The position numbers and the translations under genes are program-made. The notes under the pieces are model-generated. The model was given only the letters and a program-made list of their open reading frames with translations, did no database searches and had not been told where the DNA came from. A stretch of 64,000 bases of DNA from a virus: positions 32,001-96,000 of the IMG/VR virus record IMGVR_UViG_3300035182_000826; one strand, given 5' to 3'. Positions 18,707 to 29,177 of the stretch are shown piece by piece (position 1 is the first letter of the stretch; each line of letters starts with the position of its first letter).

Positions 18707-21700
18707 TTACTTCACCTGTCTGATAACGGTTGATGTAAGCGCATCCACAATTTCAATGTCAGAGAGCTGTGCGCTTGAGAGCAGAATTTCATCAAACCCA
18801 CTTTCAACAGTGAAAAGGTCTCCAAAGGAGTTTGTTCCATATAGTGGAACCAACACAACGGACGCGACATCTACTGGCAGACGCTGGTGCATCAGTGACA
18901 ACAGATCAGTTGCATAGAACGTCTCACCGAAATCCCAATTCTTGATGTCAAAGTACGTGTTCACTACGTACAGCAGCTCTTCCTTGATGCGTTCATCGGT
19001 CAAGGTGCTTGATTGTGTCTTCACGACCTTGAACTTGGCTCTGTACTGAGGCTCAGCCAGTGATCCAAACAAGAGTTTGAACTTGCCAGAGTGAAGAACC
19101 ATTGTGTCGCTCATCATTTTGTTCTTCAATAGCGCTGAGTACGAGGTCTTTAGTTCAAGAGGAGTTGGCACATCTGGGGCGCTCGATTGCTCACCATTGA
19201 TGTATGAAACCATGCCGTCATAGTACCCCTGTGTAATCAGGTAAGCATCATGAATGTTCGTTGGTGAAGGATCAATCATGTTCGTGTATGGTGCAAAGTG
19301 CTGCCACATGAAGTCAAGACCGGTGTCATCACTTGAGATGGCTGGCATGCGCTGTCTTCTACCGAACACGGTTCCGTCTGTGCCCCATGCGGTAAACGAG
19401 CCGGCGCTCACACCACTGAATGCAGCCGCGGCCGTTGCAATGTCAGTGCTTGAGGTCAATAGGGTGATCGTTGAGGATGAAGGCTCAATCACGTAGTACT
19501 CGTAGCTACCAGCACTGAATGTCTCAAACTGCAACATGTAGTCTGGTGTCAAATCGCCAGAAGTGCTTGTTTGCAACATGTCACTTGGCATGATTTGGAG
19601 CTTATTGAAGTTTGTGACGCCGGTGCTGTCTTTGATTGGTCCTACCACATCATAGATCTGGTTCTTTTTCAAGACTGTGTTGTTCACATCGAGATTAGAG
19701 CGAAGGATCTTGATGTTGTCAAACACCCGCTTTTGAGTGTCATTGTCAATGAGTTGATCAACTTCATTGTACCAGAAGTTTGTTGTGTTAGATTCAACTG
19801 CCAATGACAAGTTCCGATAGTGGATTTCATAGCCAACGGATAGCTTCTTGATGAAAATCAACCAGCTGTATTGAGTGACATCTTGCGTGAACAAGAGCTC
19901 TTGCCCAACTGAAATCGTTCCACCAGCAAAATCTGGGAGCTGTGAGTACCCTAGGATCTCCCACCAACCGTTTAGATTGATCACTCCCGTGCTGTTGTAG
20001 TTCACATGATAAGCTGACGTGCGAGGTGTCAACACGCCATTGATAGTGTCAATCACGAAAGCGTCACCAGGTTCAAATGGAACACTACCAGCTGTAATCG
20101 TGAAGAAGCTCACAGATGTTTGGCTGCCTGGAGGTTGAACTTGGTATGTGTTGCCAACGACGCCGGTACTCAGTGTGCCCTGAATGCTTGAGCGCACATA
20201 GAAGGTTTCACCGTCAGCCGCGATTTCAATCGTCCACACGTCTGCATTTGGGACAGTTGTTAGGACACCACCAACGTAAGTTGTGTAAGTGCCGTTGATT
20301 ATCGCAGCATCTGTTGTTGACAATGTCAACGTACCAGAGCCAATGCCAAGCATGGTTCTATTGAACTTCAGTGCGAAGTAATCTTGTTCAGCAATTGGCT
20401 GCAGCCCAGAGCCAACGTCACCAGGTGGATACTTTGTAACACCGTCAATTGTGCGAGGCACAGTAGATTGATAGATCCGTGAGTCATCCTTTGGATAGAG
20501 CGCTGGGTCAGGAATCACGGCCCAAATCTGATTGTTCGTGCCTTCGACGTAGGAAAGTGGTTCACCATACCAGTGTCTGTCAATCAGACCTTGCATGGCG
20601 GTTTTTTCTTTCAATGATCCATCTGGAGTTGTACCGTCAATCAGCTTCACGTAACCATTTGATGATGAGAACAATCCAGACCTGTTGTCCTCAATGAAGG
20701 AGGTTCTTGGCGTTGACACAACACCGACAGTTGCAGCATCTGTAGCAGACAAGTGAGTAAGCGCTGTGATCATTCCATTTGTCGACAACAGTGGTTCGAT
20801 CACAGAGTCGATAAGGGCTTGGCCAGAAACCGTGGTCGTCAGTGAGTCAAGACCAAGCTCATATCGCGTCACCAAATCATCGCCGAACAGCTTCACATTT
20901 TCATATGACCCAGATGCATCGTTCCAGTCGATGTACTTTGGTTGGCCAGCAAAGGTTCTGTTGATCGTCTTCAACCGAAGGATTGATGGGTCCTTCAACA
21001 GGAACGTGTTGTAGTCCTGTCCATTCACCATTCGGTTCTGTGAATAGTAAGTGGCTGGAGCTGATTGTCTGATGTGTTCAATCGTTTCAGAGCCAGAGCC
21101 GTTCTGAAGAGTAGAGCACAAGCTGAACGTGAATGTGCACGTCTCGCTGTTGCCAGTGCTTGACTGATAAGTCACTGGCATTGCCGTGTTCACAATCTTG
21201 TTCTTTGCGATGACAATTGATCGGTTAATCGACTGTCTCATCCAAAATCTGAACAACCCCTGCGGCATATCAGCAAAGTCGCCATCACCGAACAGAACTG
21301 AAATCTGATCATTTTCGAGAGTGTCAACTTCGTACTTTGCACGAGTGGTTCTGTCAGTGTTGAAGATCAAGTTCTGTTCACTGATAGTGTCTACTTGAGC
21401 CCATCTTGCGGCAATGTCACCGTTTGAATTTACCTGCTGAACCCACACGTCAGTGTCATTCACGTTGTTTGGCAGGAATGTCAACTTACGGTTTGGTAAC
21501 TTGTCTTTGATGTTCAGATCAACCTTTGTCAGGGTGCCCTGCTTTGTGTAGCCAAGGAAGCCCGTGTAGTCAGACCCATCACCAATACCGTCATCAGCGT
21601 ATAAGATTGAGAACGAAGCTGATAGATCTGGCTCACGTTCAAATGGGCCATCTGCATCAAGATCAGCCGGAACTAGTTCCATCGGAAAGCTGTCCAGCCC

Positions 21701-22303
21701 TGTGTTTGCGGTGTAAGGAAAAACGCCATTCGTGAACGATGTCAGATCAGCGTCAAGCGAATAAAGATCCAAGTTCACATCATTCACTTGGAATGACTTT
21801 TGTGGTTGCCCATATCGTGTAGTCAAAACACGGTTCATAACCAAGAAGAACTGTTCCTTCCAGTTGCTGTTGTTCGGGTCATTCCACGTGATTGTCACAC
21901 CAGACAAATCAATACCACGGCTATCAATGACATGCTCAGTGGTTGTCACTGATGTGAACTTAACAAGCCCTCGCACAGGGATGTTTCTGGTCGCCTTGTA
22001 TGAAATCAGCTTTGCAAGTCTGAGAATGCTTTGCTTACGTTGTGCAGTCGTAATGAAGTTCTCATGTGACAACATGTCAACACGATATGAGAGTTGCTCA
22101 GCCACGTAGGCGAACATTTCAATCATTGCAATGAGTTCACTCGACTCTGTCAGGTCATTGAAGATTTCAGAGTAGTAAATCCGAAGGTAGTCAATGAGAG
22201 ACTGCTTGATCGTGTCAAAGTCGTACGCAGTAAAGTTCACCTCGCTAAATGCTTGGTAGATTGATTCCCACGTTTCGGCTGAATATGAAGTGCGAAGTGA
22301 CAT
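18707..22303 (-). CDS. gp6: Baseplate wedge subunit (T4 gp6-like)
   Basis: DFDTIK.SLIDYLR, ENFITTAQRKQSILRLAKLISY, FGDG, ETIEHIR..AP..Y..QNRMV...DY; adjacent to gp25. Confidence 0.85.
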   Translation of the reverse strand: MSLRTSYSAETWESIYQAFSEVNFTAYDFDTIKQSLIDYLRIYYSEIFNDLTESSELIAMIEMFAYVAEQLSYRVDMLSHENFITTAQRKQSILRLAKLISYKATRNIPVRGLVKFTSVTTTEHVIDSRGIDLSGVTITWNDPNNSNWKEQFFLVMNRVLTTRYGQPQKSFQVNDVNLDLYSLDADLTSFTNGVFPYTANTGLDSFPMELVPADLDADGPFEREPDLSASFSILYADDGIGDGSDYTGFLGYTKQGTLTKVDLNIKDKLPNRKLTFLPNNVNDTDVWVQQVNSNGDIAARWAQVDTISEQNLIFNTDRTTRAKYEVDTLENDQISVLFGDGDFADMPQGLFRFWMRQSINRSIVIAKNKIVNTAMPVTYQSSTGNSETCTFTFSLCSTLQNGSGSETIEHIRQSAPATYYSQNRMVNGQDYNTFLLKDPSILRLKTINRTFAGQPKYIDWNDASGSYENVKLFGDDLVTRYELGLDSLTTTVSGQALIDSVIEPLLSTNGMITALTHLSATDAATVGVVSTPRTSFIEDNRSGLFSSSNGYVKLIDGTTPDGSLKEKTAMQGLIDRHWYGEPLSYVEGTNNQIWAVIPDPALYPKDDSRIYQSTVPRTIDGVTKYPPGDVGSGLQPIAEQDYFALKFNRTMLGIGSGTLTLSTTDAAIINGTYTTYVGGVLTTVPNADVWTIEIAADGETFYVRSSIQGTLSTGVVGNTYQVQPPGSQTSVSFFTITAGSVPFEPGDAFVIDTINGVLTPRTSAYHVNYNSTGVINLNGWWEILGYSQLPDFAGGTISVGQELLFTQDVTQYSWLIFIKKLSVGYEIHYRNLSLAVESNTTNFWYNEVDQLIDNDTQKRVFDNIKILRSNLDVNNTVLKKNQIYDVVGPIKDSTGVTNFNKLQIMPSDMLQTSTSGDLTPDYMLQFETFSAGSYEYYVIEPSSSTITLLTSSTDIATAAAAFSGVSAGSFTAWGTDGTVFGRRQRMPAISSDDTGLDFMWQHFAPYTNMIDPSPTNIHDAYLITQGYYDGMVSYINGEQSSAPDVPTPLELKTSYSALLKNKMMSDTMVLHSGKFKLLFGSLAEPQYRAKFKVVKTQSSTLTDERIKEELLYVVNTYFDIKNWDFGETFYATDLLSLMHQRLPVDVASVVLVPLYGTNSFGDLFTVESGFDEILLSSAQLSDIEIVDALTSTVIRQVK

Positions 22304-22354
22304 GTTGTATCTTTGTCGTTGGACCTTGTGGTATTTACATTGATGGCCGATGCA

Positions 22355-22738
22355 TCAGGTCATGCTGAATTCAAGCTTCAGCGTTTCAGTGATGTTCAAT
22401 TCCACATAGTACAAGTCCATGAATGCAGCGATCATGTTGTTGTCTGGCAGCACCTGAATTGACAGATCCTTGAGCTGTAGTCTAGGGTCGTAGTCAACCG
22501 CCTTTTGCAAATCAGCCTTGATGATTTCCAATGTCTTTTGATCAGCCTGTTCAAAGGTAAGGAGTGGAATTCTCGTGCCAAATGATGGCATTCCAACACG
22601 CTCACCTGGTACAGTGTAAATGAAGTTCAACAAGTCCTGCTTTACAAGCTCAAGGTTCGTAAGCATGAACCCAGCCTTCTTGTCCTGCAAGAAGTTAGCC
22701 GTGCTGAACCCGCGATAAAGTGGTAGTGCTCTAGCCAT
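22355..22738 (-). CDS. gp25: Baseplate wedge subunit (gp25-like)
   Basis: YRGFS...L.N...T.PGER...P.FG..I..L.FE...YDPR; start taken at MARALP. Confidence 0.85.
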   Translation of the reverse strand: MARALPLYRGFSTANFLQDKKAGFMLTNLELVKQDLLNFIYTVPGERVGMPSFGTRIPLLTFEQADQKTLEIIKADLQKAVDYDPRLQLKDLSIQVLPDNNMIAAFMDLYYVELNITETLKLEFSMT

Positions 22739-23823
22739 CATGCTTTCCAATTCTTGTTTCTTGTCATAGATGAAGCAGCTCTAGTCCATGGCTCGTGTGT
22801 TGGCACGATCGTTGGGCTTTCAGGGCAGCTCGCGCTTTCAGCGGTTGGCCCATTCAGGTGAATGTTTGCTCCAGTCTGAATGATGTTCCCGCCGGCTAAC
22901 AAATTCATAGCTGCGCCAGAATCAATATTTACCCCCTTACCTGAGATGTTGAAATCATCACAGGCGGCTTGGTACATGCTACCGGTTGATTGAAGGTGAA
23001 TGTTTGCCGCTGACACTTTGAAGTCACCAACACAGGTGATGTTCATGTCACCACCAGTGCTGACACCAATGTCACCCTCGGCGTAAACATGGACACGTCC
23101 ATCCTGATCAAGTTCAATCCACGACCTGCCTTGAGCGGTTGAAACGTAAATCCGCTCATTAGCGTCGTCCATAATGAGCTGATGTCCAGCTGCGGTCTTG
23201 ATTCTGACTCTTCCAGTTGCAGGATTATCCTGCATGATGATTGAGTGCCTGCCGGGTGTTGTGATGCAGTATGTTTGCGGATCAAGTGCCGCAGAGTCAA
23301 CTACATCAGTCTGATAGCCTTCAGTTCCATCTTTCTCAGTCTTGTCCTGCGCGACGGCGCGCTCATAGACGCCACGAGTCTGTGCTTCACTGGCCGTAAG
23401 CTTGTTGTTGAACTGCACTTTCAGATTTGCAGCAGCAGGCTGAACTGGCTCAAACGTGTCAGTCAACGGGCCTGCTGCAATGTCAGGTCTGTTCCGCCCA
23501 GCAGGCAGTGATCTGTTTCCGTGGTCTCTGAAATATGAACCAACGTAGACACGGCGGTTTGGATCATTGTATAGGAAATCGACGTAGCAGAGGGCACCAG
23601 CCTTTGGTGGTGCCCAGAAGCCATATGAGACAAGTCCAGATGAAACTGTTCCGGCTGGACCGGCCGGGAAATCACGTGTCTGCCCCCCAATTGGGGTTGC
23701 GTACGAAGCCCATGGCAAATCTTGAATGGAGTATTCATCACCATCAACCGACGGCACCCAGATTTTTAGACGCCCCATTTGCTGGGGATCATTAGTGTCA
23801 AGCACAACGCCTTCACGCAGCAT
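22738..23823 (-). CDS. gp5: Baseplate hub/spike (gp5/VgrG-like OB-fold and beta-helix)
   Basis: G.V....DP...GRLK......LPWA, PP..G...V.F, GH...MDD...ERI, C-terminal IHLNG. Confidence 0.8.
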   Translation of the reverse strand: MLREGVVLDTNDPQQMGRLKIWVPSVDGDEYSIQDLPWASYATPIGGQTRDFPAGPAGTVSSGLVSYGFWAPPKAGALCYVDFLYNDPNRRVYVGSYFRDHGNRSLPAGRNRPDIAAGPLTDTFEPVQPAAANLKVQFNNKLTASEAQTRGVYERAVAQDKTEKDGTEGYQTDVVDSAALDPQTYCITTPGRHSIIMQDNPATGRVRIKTAAGHQLIMDDANERIYVSTAQGRSWIELDQDGRVHVYAEGDIGVSTGGDMNITCVGDFKVSAANIHLQSTGSMYQAACDDFNISGKGVNIDSGAAMNLLAGGNIIQTGANIHLNGPTAESASCPESPTIVPTHEPWTRAASSMTRNKNWKA

Positions 23824-25937
23824 TACACGTCCTTCACGGTTGACGAGGTTGCGCCTTGAACTGTTTGCCCAGGGTAACCAAACACACTGAACGAGTGAAG
23901 TTCAACCTCTTGTGTAAATCTTGATCCACTGATTAGGCTCCTGATTGTGCCAGCCCAGTAGAAATTGTCGTAGAACAGCTGTGCTGAGTAATCACCGCTG
24001 AGCTGCTCATTTGTTCTGAAATCAACATTTGGACCGTACACATTCACCTTGAAGAATAATGGTGAAGTGGTAAAGCTTGGGCCGGTGAAGGCCTTTGACG
24101 TCAGGGTGAAAGTGCCGTCGCCATTGTTGGTGGCGCCAGAGGTAATGCCAAGCGACTTCTCGAACGCCGCTCTGTACTCTGACTTGACTCCAGTATTCAC
24201 AGAACTAGTGCCGGATGCACCGGTTGTCACCGAGTTCACATGCTGCTGAATGGTTGGTAGAGTCACACCAACTAATATGTCAGGGTTGCCGCGGAGCTCT
24301 AATTTAGCCGTGATTGGACCCGCGTTGTAGAACGCTGAAATGTTTCTTGTGTACTGCTGAGCCACAGACTGTGGCGTTTCACCATCTGTGTCACCCGCGA
24401 TCGCGCTGTAATTTGAAAAATTCTGACGCTCCAAGTGCGTTCTCTTTGGCAGCAGCATTGGGTCCTTTGCACGCATGCCATACACGTTCCGTTTGTCAGT
24501 GCTTGTTGTGTTCCCATCTGTTTGATTCTGCCCCTCATCAGCCGTGACGAACAACTCACTCTGCCCAAGCTTGACGCCTTGCATTAGCATGATGTTCAAG
24601 TTCTCAATTTTCAGATCAAGAGACAAAACATCAAGGTTCTTTCCAGAGAAGATGTAGTCATATTCAACAAAGTTCTTCGGCACTGATTTCACGACCCCGT
24701 TCTCTGTTGTTTGGGTGAACAGATTTTGAGGGTAATCACCGCTCGAGTTCTCTTTGGTTGCCATGTCGACGTTTGGCACAATGAACTCAACCACATCAAC
24801 GTGCACAGTGAAGTTCGTGTCATCACTGGTGATTGACACGATGTGCTTGTAGAACTTCACAGCTGTGGTCTTGTTCGTCTTTGAGAAGTTACCAAGCTTA
24901 GCTACTTCGATTGTCTGCTCAAAGATTTTGTCAAGCACTTCAGTTAGCGACAGCTCGGGGTCTACCGCAACATAGCTGTCCTTGGCGGTAGCAGGTGAGT
25001 TCTTGTTCGCTGCCTGTTTCTTAGTGGCTTCGTTCTTACGCTTGGCCTCTTCATTCTCAAGTAAGGTCTTGAAGTTGATTTCAGTGGCCGCCCCAGTTGT
25101 CGGACCAGCAAAGGTAAAGTTCTCCCAAGATGCTGGGATGGTGATCATGTACTGGACAGGTCGCCCAAAATTGCTGGTGGTCTCAACTGTTGTTGCCCCT
25201 GGTGTTGGGTTGATCTGAGCATTCAGCTGCTTGTACCGAACCATTGACAGATCGTTCAGCTGCTTTTCAAATGATGCAACCACTGCACCAAGGGTGTTCG
25301 CACTCTTGCCAGTGAAGTACGAAGAGGCCGTGCCAATTGAACTCCAGGCAAAGTTGTAATTGGAGTTCGTGCTAACACCGATCATTGGGTAGCACTTGCA
25401 CTCATAAATGCCACGCACCTCATTCAAATCAACTTGGATCTGAGAGAAGATGCATGGAATGCTTGTTGATTGAATCAACGAAGTTGACCCGTCTGGCTTG
25501 TGCCCAATGAACAGAATCTTCAGCAGTAGTGTCATGCCTTGGTATGACACCTGCAGCTTCTGATCCATAATGTACTGAAGAAAGTTCGCAAAGGAAATGC
25601 CAACACTGTCAATCACATTGAATGACATTTCTAGCCCAACAGCGTTCGGTGATCTTGAGCCGGGCACATTGAACCCAGCAACACTGGTCGTTAGCGCGAA
25701 GTTATCGATCGTGAATTGCGAGAACCGACGGGTGTCAATGACCAAGAACGCTGAGTTGTTGTCAATCGTCTTTATCTCAGATCCAAGTGCCGTTGCGCTA
25801 TCAATTCGAGCCAGCATCTCTTGATTTGACGCTGGCTCAGTAAAGCTTCTGACAGCTTCAGTGGATCTAGCTGCTAAGAGCACGTAATGAATACTGTGTG
25901 ATTGGTATTCATCAAGGGGGTTTTTGATCTTTGCCAT
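23823..25937 (-). CDS. Putative baseplate hub protein
   Basis: 704 aa between gp53-like and gp5-like genes; LELRGNP and FTQ.VEL hub-type motifs. Confidence 0.5.
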   Translation of the reverse strand: MAKIKNPLDEYQSHSIHYVLLAARSTEAVRSFTEPASNQEMLARIDSATALGSEIKTIDNNSAFLVIDTRRFSQFTIDNFALTTSVAGFNVPGSRSPNAVGLEMSFNVIDSVGISFANFLQYIMDQKLQVSYQGMTLLLKILFIGHKPDGSTSLIQSTSIPCIFSQIQVDLNEVRGIYECKCYPMIGVSTNSNYNFAWSSIGTASSYFTGKSANTLGAVVASFEKQLNDLSMVRYKQLNAQINPTPGATTVETTSNFGRPVQYMITIPASWENFTFAGPTTGAATEINFKTLLENEEAKRKNEATKKQAANKNSPATAKDSYVAVDPELSLTEVLDKIFEQTIEVAKLGNFSKTNKTTAVKFYKHIVSITSDDTNFTVHVDVVEFIVPNVDMATKENSSGDYPQNLFTQTTENGVVKSVPKNFVEYDYIFSGKNLDVLSLDLKIENLNIMLMQGVKLGQSELFVTADEGQNQTDGNTTSTDKRNVYGMRAKDPMLLPKRTHLERQNFSNYSAIAGDTDGETPQSVAQQYTRNISAFYNAGPITAKLELRGNPDILVGVTLPTIQQHVNSVTTGASGTSSVNTGVKSEYRAAFEKSLGITSGATNNGDGTFTLTSKAFTGPSFTTSPLFFKVNVYGPNVDFRTNEQLSGDYSAQLFYDNFYWAGTIRSLISGSRFTQEVELHSFSVFGYPGQTVQGATSSTVKDV

Positions 25938-26317
25938 TAGACGATCGGGGTAATTGGATTAGTCGGCACTGTTCGTGTGCTTGTGTACCCACCAAGTCGG
26001 CCTTGCATTAGCTGTTGTGCTCTTGACTTGGTTGGAATACGAAGAACTCGACCAACTGAAACCTCCTGTTCAGGATCAAGAATTGCGTTGTACTGAGCAA
26101 TTAGCCACCACATTGACCACTTGTCTTCTCCATAGTAAGCAGCTGCAATCAGATCGATTCTGCCTGCAGTTAGTGAATCCACAACATAGATCAAATCAGT
26201 TTCATCAGTCTGGAACTGGGTTCTCTCCCACCATTCCAATGCTGAACTGTTCACCTCGGTCTGGCCACCAGCTGTATACCGTGACGATGAAAGTAAAGTT
26301 GAGTTCTTTTCAGCCAT
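25937..26317 (-). CDS. gp53: Baseplate wedge subunit (gp53/LysM-like)
   Basis: GRIDLIA..YYG....WWLIAQYN.I.DP.....G..LRIP. Confidence 0.75.
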   Translation of the reverse strand: MAEKNSTLLSSSRYTAGGQTEVNSSALEWWERTQFQTDETDLIYVVDSLTAGRIDLIAAAYYGEDKWSMWWLIAQYNAILDPEQEVSVGRVLRIPTKSRAQQLMQGRLGGYTSTRTVPTNPITPIV

Positions 26318-26697
26318 TATTTATTTCCACGAGGTGTGAGGTGTTTCTTCCAATCTGGGTCACCTAAGAATTTTCCGTATTCAAATGAGAACCCGTTGCT
26401 CTTCGCGATTGCTGGTTCGCCAGGTGGCCATCTGCCCTTGATGACATTTTTAACATAAAGATATGCACACACGGAACTTTTTGCAATCGTGTCTTCGCCC
26501 TTTGGAAATGGGCCGTGGAGGACATCTGTAGCATAAAGATATGCATACACTGGGTCTTTTGCAAGCGCATTTTCCCGCTTCTTCAGCTCACTTGGGTTAT
26601 TCTTATATTTCTCCCAAACCAATTTTGGCACAGCTTCATGCGCCGCGTCATAATGCTTAAGAGACTTTGGGTCTGAATGGTGCTTGTAGATGTTCAT
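26317..26697 (-). CDS. 26-aa tandem repeat protein, short family copy
   Basis: MNIYKHHSDP..L.HYDAAHEAVP leader; AKDPVYAYLYATDVLHGPFPKGE repeats; inserted in the baseplate operon. Confidence 0.85.
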   Translation of the reverse strand: MNIYKHHSDPKSLKHYDAAHEAVPKLVWEKYKNNPSELKKRENALAKDPVYAYLYATDVLHGPFPKGEDTIAKSSVCAYLYVKNVIKGRWPPGEPAIAKSNGFSFEYGKFLGDPDWKKHLTPRGNK

Positions 26698-27899
26698 GGT
26701 GTGTTTGGTGTGTTTGAGACGTCCATTCCATACTCTTGGGATGGTTTCTTAATTGCATCAGCCCTAGATGCTAATCCTGAGTTGTTATAAACGGTTTCAG
26801 ACGTACTGGTGGTTGAACTTGTGGTAGCTGATTCAACACTCACCGTTGATCCATCACTTGTAGTAACAACAGAACTTGTTGATGTGTATGCGCTGGCGGT
26901 TGAACTTGATGTTGACTCTGACACGTACTCGTTCGTGCTTGTTGACTCTCTGAATGCACTCACCATGTCTCCATTTCTGAATGACACCAAATCGAAACCG
27001 TTGAACTGAAGTGGAGAGAATGATTCAATCAAGTCAATGTTCACATCCATCACTGTTGGAAATGGAATGAACTCACCATCTGCATCCTTGATGCTAGTTG
27101 GAATCCAGTCAACATCTGTTGGCCATGTCCAGTTCAGGCCAGTGATGACGGTCGGTACTTCACCAACGATCCCTCGCCAGCCGCTGAACATCACGATTGG
27201 TGGTGGCGCTCCTAGCTTGTTCTGGAATTGCACGCGTTGCTTTTCTCCAAAGTAAGGCATCACCCAACCACGAAGTGTGTTCAGCATGATGAAGTTCCGC
27301 TTTGCTTCATCACTAGTTCTGCAGGTGAACTTAGCAGTGATCTGCCATCCCGTTGACTTTGTACCCTTGTACTTTTGAAATTCACCAGGCATTTGTGGTG
27401 GTGAAATTGCCTCGTACTCAGCGTTTCGACGTTCACCTACTTGTGGCATGTTATCGAACTCAACAACATCTTGTGTAAACGGGTCAACTGGAAAATTAAC
27501 ATTTGCAACGATTGCCGATGCAGCTCCATTTGACGCAGCTGAGGTGAGCTTCACCTTGTGACCGGTGAGATTAGTGACAGCATTTCCAGAAGACGCATTC
27601 ACAGCAGTTGCGCTGACTTGTGACACGCTGGCCGATGCAGATGCAACAGAGCTTCCAACTGAGGAGTACGTGTTGCTCAGTGTACCAAGGTCATACCCAG
27701 TTGAAATTGACTTGAATGATTCAGTAGCGCTTGACAGGCCAGTGAATGAATTCAAGTTTCCATACGATGACTGGATCTTTTCGAATGACTCGCTGAGTGC
27801 TGTAGACACGTCAGACGATGTGTTGTTCACCAAAGAATCTGAAACTGTGCCAGTTCCAAATGATGGAAGTGAGCCTGAAAGACTGCTCATTAAGCTCAT
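26694..27899 (-). CDS. Putative tail-tube initiator/baseplate protein
   Basis: Central tube-like domain (LR.W.MP...LGAPPP.V.F, V.T...WTWP.D) flanked by Ser/Thr-rich tails. Confidence 0.5.
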   Translation of the reverse strand: MSLMSSLSGSLPSFGTGTVSDSLVNNTSSDVSTALSESFEKIQSSYGNLNSFTGLSSATESFKSISTGYDLGTLSNTYSSVGSSVASASASVSQVSATAVNASSGNAVTNLTGHKVKLTSAASNGAASAIVANVNFPVDPFTQDVVEFDNMPQVGERRNAEYEAISPPQMPGEFQKYKGTKSTGWQITAKFTCRTSDEAKRNFIMLNTLRGWVMPYFGEKQRVQFQNKLGAPPPIVMFSGWRGIVGEVPTVITGLNWTWPTDVDWIPTSIKDADGEFIPFPTVMDVNIDLIESFSPLQFNGFDLVSFRNGDMVSAFRESTSTNEYVSESTSSSTASAYTSTSSVVTTSDGSTVSVESATTSSTTSTSETVYNNSGLASRADAIKKPSQEYGMDVSNTPNTP

Positions 27900-28501
27900 G
27901 ATGCTGGTCCTTTGATTTTACGGATGATCTTTGTGGCAATCTCTGGAGAAACGTGAACCAACTTTGACACTGCCGCTACGTTATCAGACTTTGCTGCATG
28001 TCTAACAAGTGATCCAGATACCAAGTGCACTGGAAAATCATCATCAAGAAGTTTCAGCATTTCATTTGCTGAGTCTTCGTTGAACTCTTCATTTCGATTG
28101 AGCTCGATGATTGTGTGATCAATCTTTGACCCGTCCTCTGCAGTGTTGTACTTGTCCAACAACTTCTTGTAAGCCTTGATCCGATCAGAGCCACCAGCGA
28201 TCACTGTTGGCGTTAGTCCTTCAGCTTTAACTTTTTTCACGGCGTCCATTACCGAGTTTGCGACAATGATCTTCATACCATCGGCACGTTTCGAGGCATG
28301 CATAATTGCCTTGCGCTCCTCAGGGCTCAATGGGTTTCTGGTGTGGTCTTCAGAGGTTTTCTTACCATTGATGATGGCACAGATGGGAACTACTTCCATA
28401 TCTGGATTCTTTCTAACGTACGCCTTGACCTTATCAAAGAGTGCGTAATGCCCAATTGTCGGTGGTTGAAATCTACCAAAGATGATTGCTACTTTTTTCA
28501 T
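27896..28501 (-). CDS. Cytidylyltransferase-family nucleotidyltransferase
   Basis: FGRFQPPTIGH (HIGH-type), NPLS, GSDR, SGS.VR; start at MKKVAII (28501) downstream of a minus-strand TAAATA at 28527-28532. Confidence 0.8.
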   Translation of the reverse strand: MKKVAIIFGRFQPPTIGHYALFDKVKAYVRKNPDMEVVPICAIINGKKTSEDHTRNPLSPEERKAIMHASKRADGMKIIVANSVMDAVKKVKAEGLTPTVIAGGSDRIKAYKKLLDKYNTAEDGSKIDHTIIELNRNEEFNEDSANEMLKLLDDDFPVHLVSGSLVRHAAKSDNVAAVSKLVHVSPEIATKIIRKIKGPAS

Positions 28502-28635
28502 TGCACTTTTCTTAAGGGTGACCTCATATTTAGCCAGCAGTGAAGTTCGTCGATTTGATCCTGAGAGCCCCAGTCTTGTGCTGCATAACCCAAATACAAT
28601 ACCTATTAGAGCCGTTTCTTCACCTAGGTAGTTCA

Positions 28636-29100
28636 ATGACGGCACCCAAAAAAGTTAAACCAGCAAAACGTGAGCGCTCAACATCAACAAAGGGGCATTA
28701 CGTTGACAACAAAGATCTTTTAGCAGCATTCCTTGAGGCAAGGGAAAAGGGCGTTCTTACTGATCGCCTTGCAAAGTACTTGATGCTCATTGCAGAGCGG
28801 TACTCATATCACCCTTGGTTCGCATCATTTTCATGGCGTGAAGACATGGTGGCGACAGCTGTGTTGAACCTCTGTTCGAATTGGCACAAGTTTGATCCGA
28901 CTAAGAGTGACAGTCCGAATCCGTTCTCATACTACAGCACTGCTGTTTACCGCAGTTTTCTCTCATATCTTGACACTGAGCGTGGTGAGCGAAAGGTCAA
29001 GGACCTGTTGCTGATTGCTGCTGGAGCAAATCCCTCATTCAATTTTGATGGTGGCATGTCGTCTGATGATTCGGCCTTTTCGAGTAGAAGTGACGAATAA
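28636..29100 (+). CDS. gp55: Late-transcription sigma factor
   Basis: HYVDNK.LL, F..FSWREDM, FDP.KS..NPFSYY......F; upstream of gp47/gp46 as in T4-like phages. Confidence 0.88.
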   Translation: MTAPKKVKPAKRERSTSTKGHYVDNKDLLAAFLEAREKGVLTDRLAKYLMLIAERYSYHPWFASFSWREDMVATAVLNLCSNWHKFDPTKSDSPNPFSYYSTAVYRSFLSYLDTERGERKVKDLLLIAAGANPSFNFDGGMSSDDSAFSSRSDE

Positions 29101-29177
29101 CCCAATCATGAAAAGTCGGGCTTGCCCTGATAGCTAAAATAGCATTAGGCCGTTCAACACCACTTGAAATACGGCCA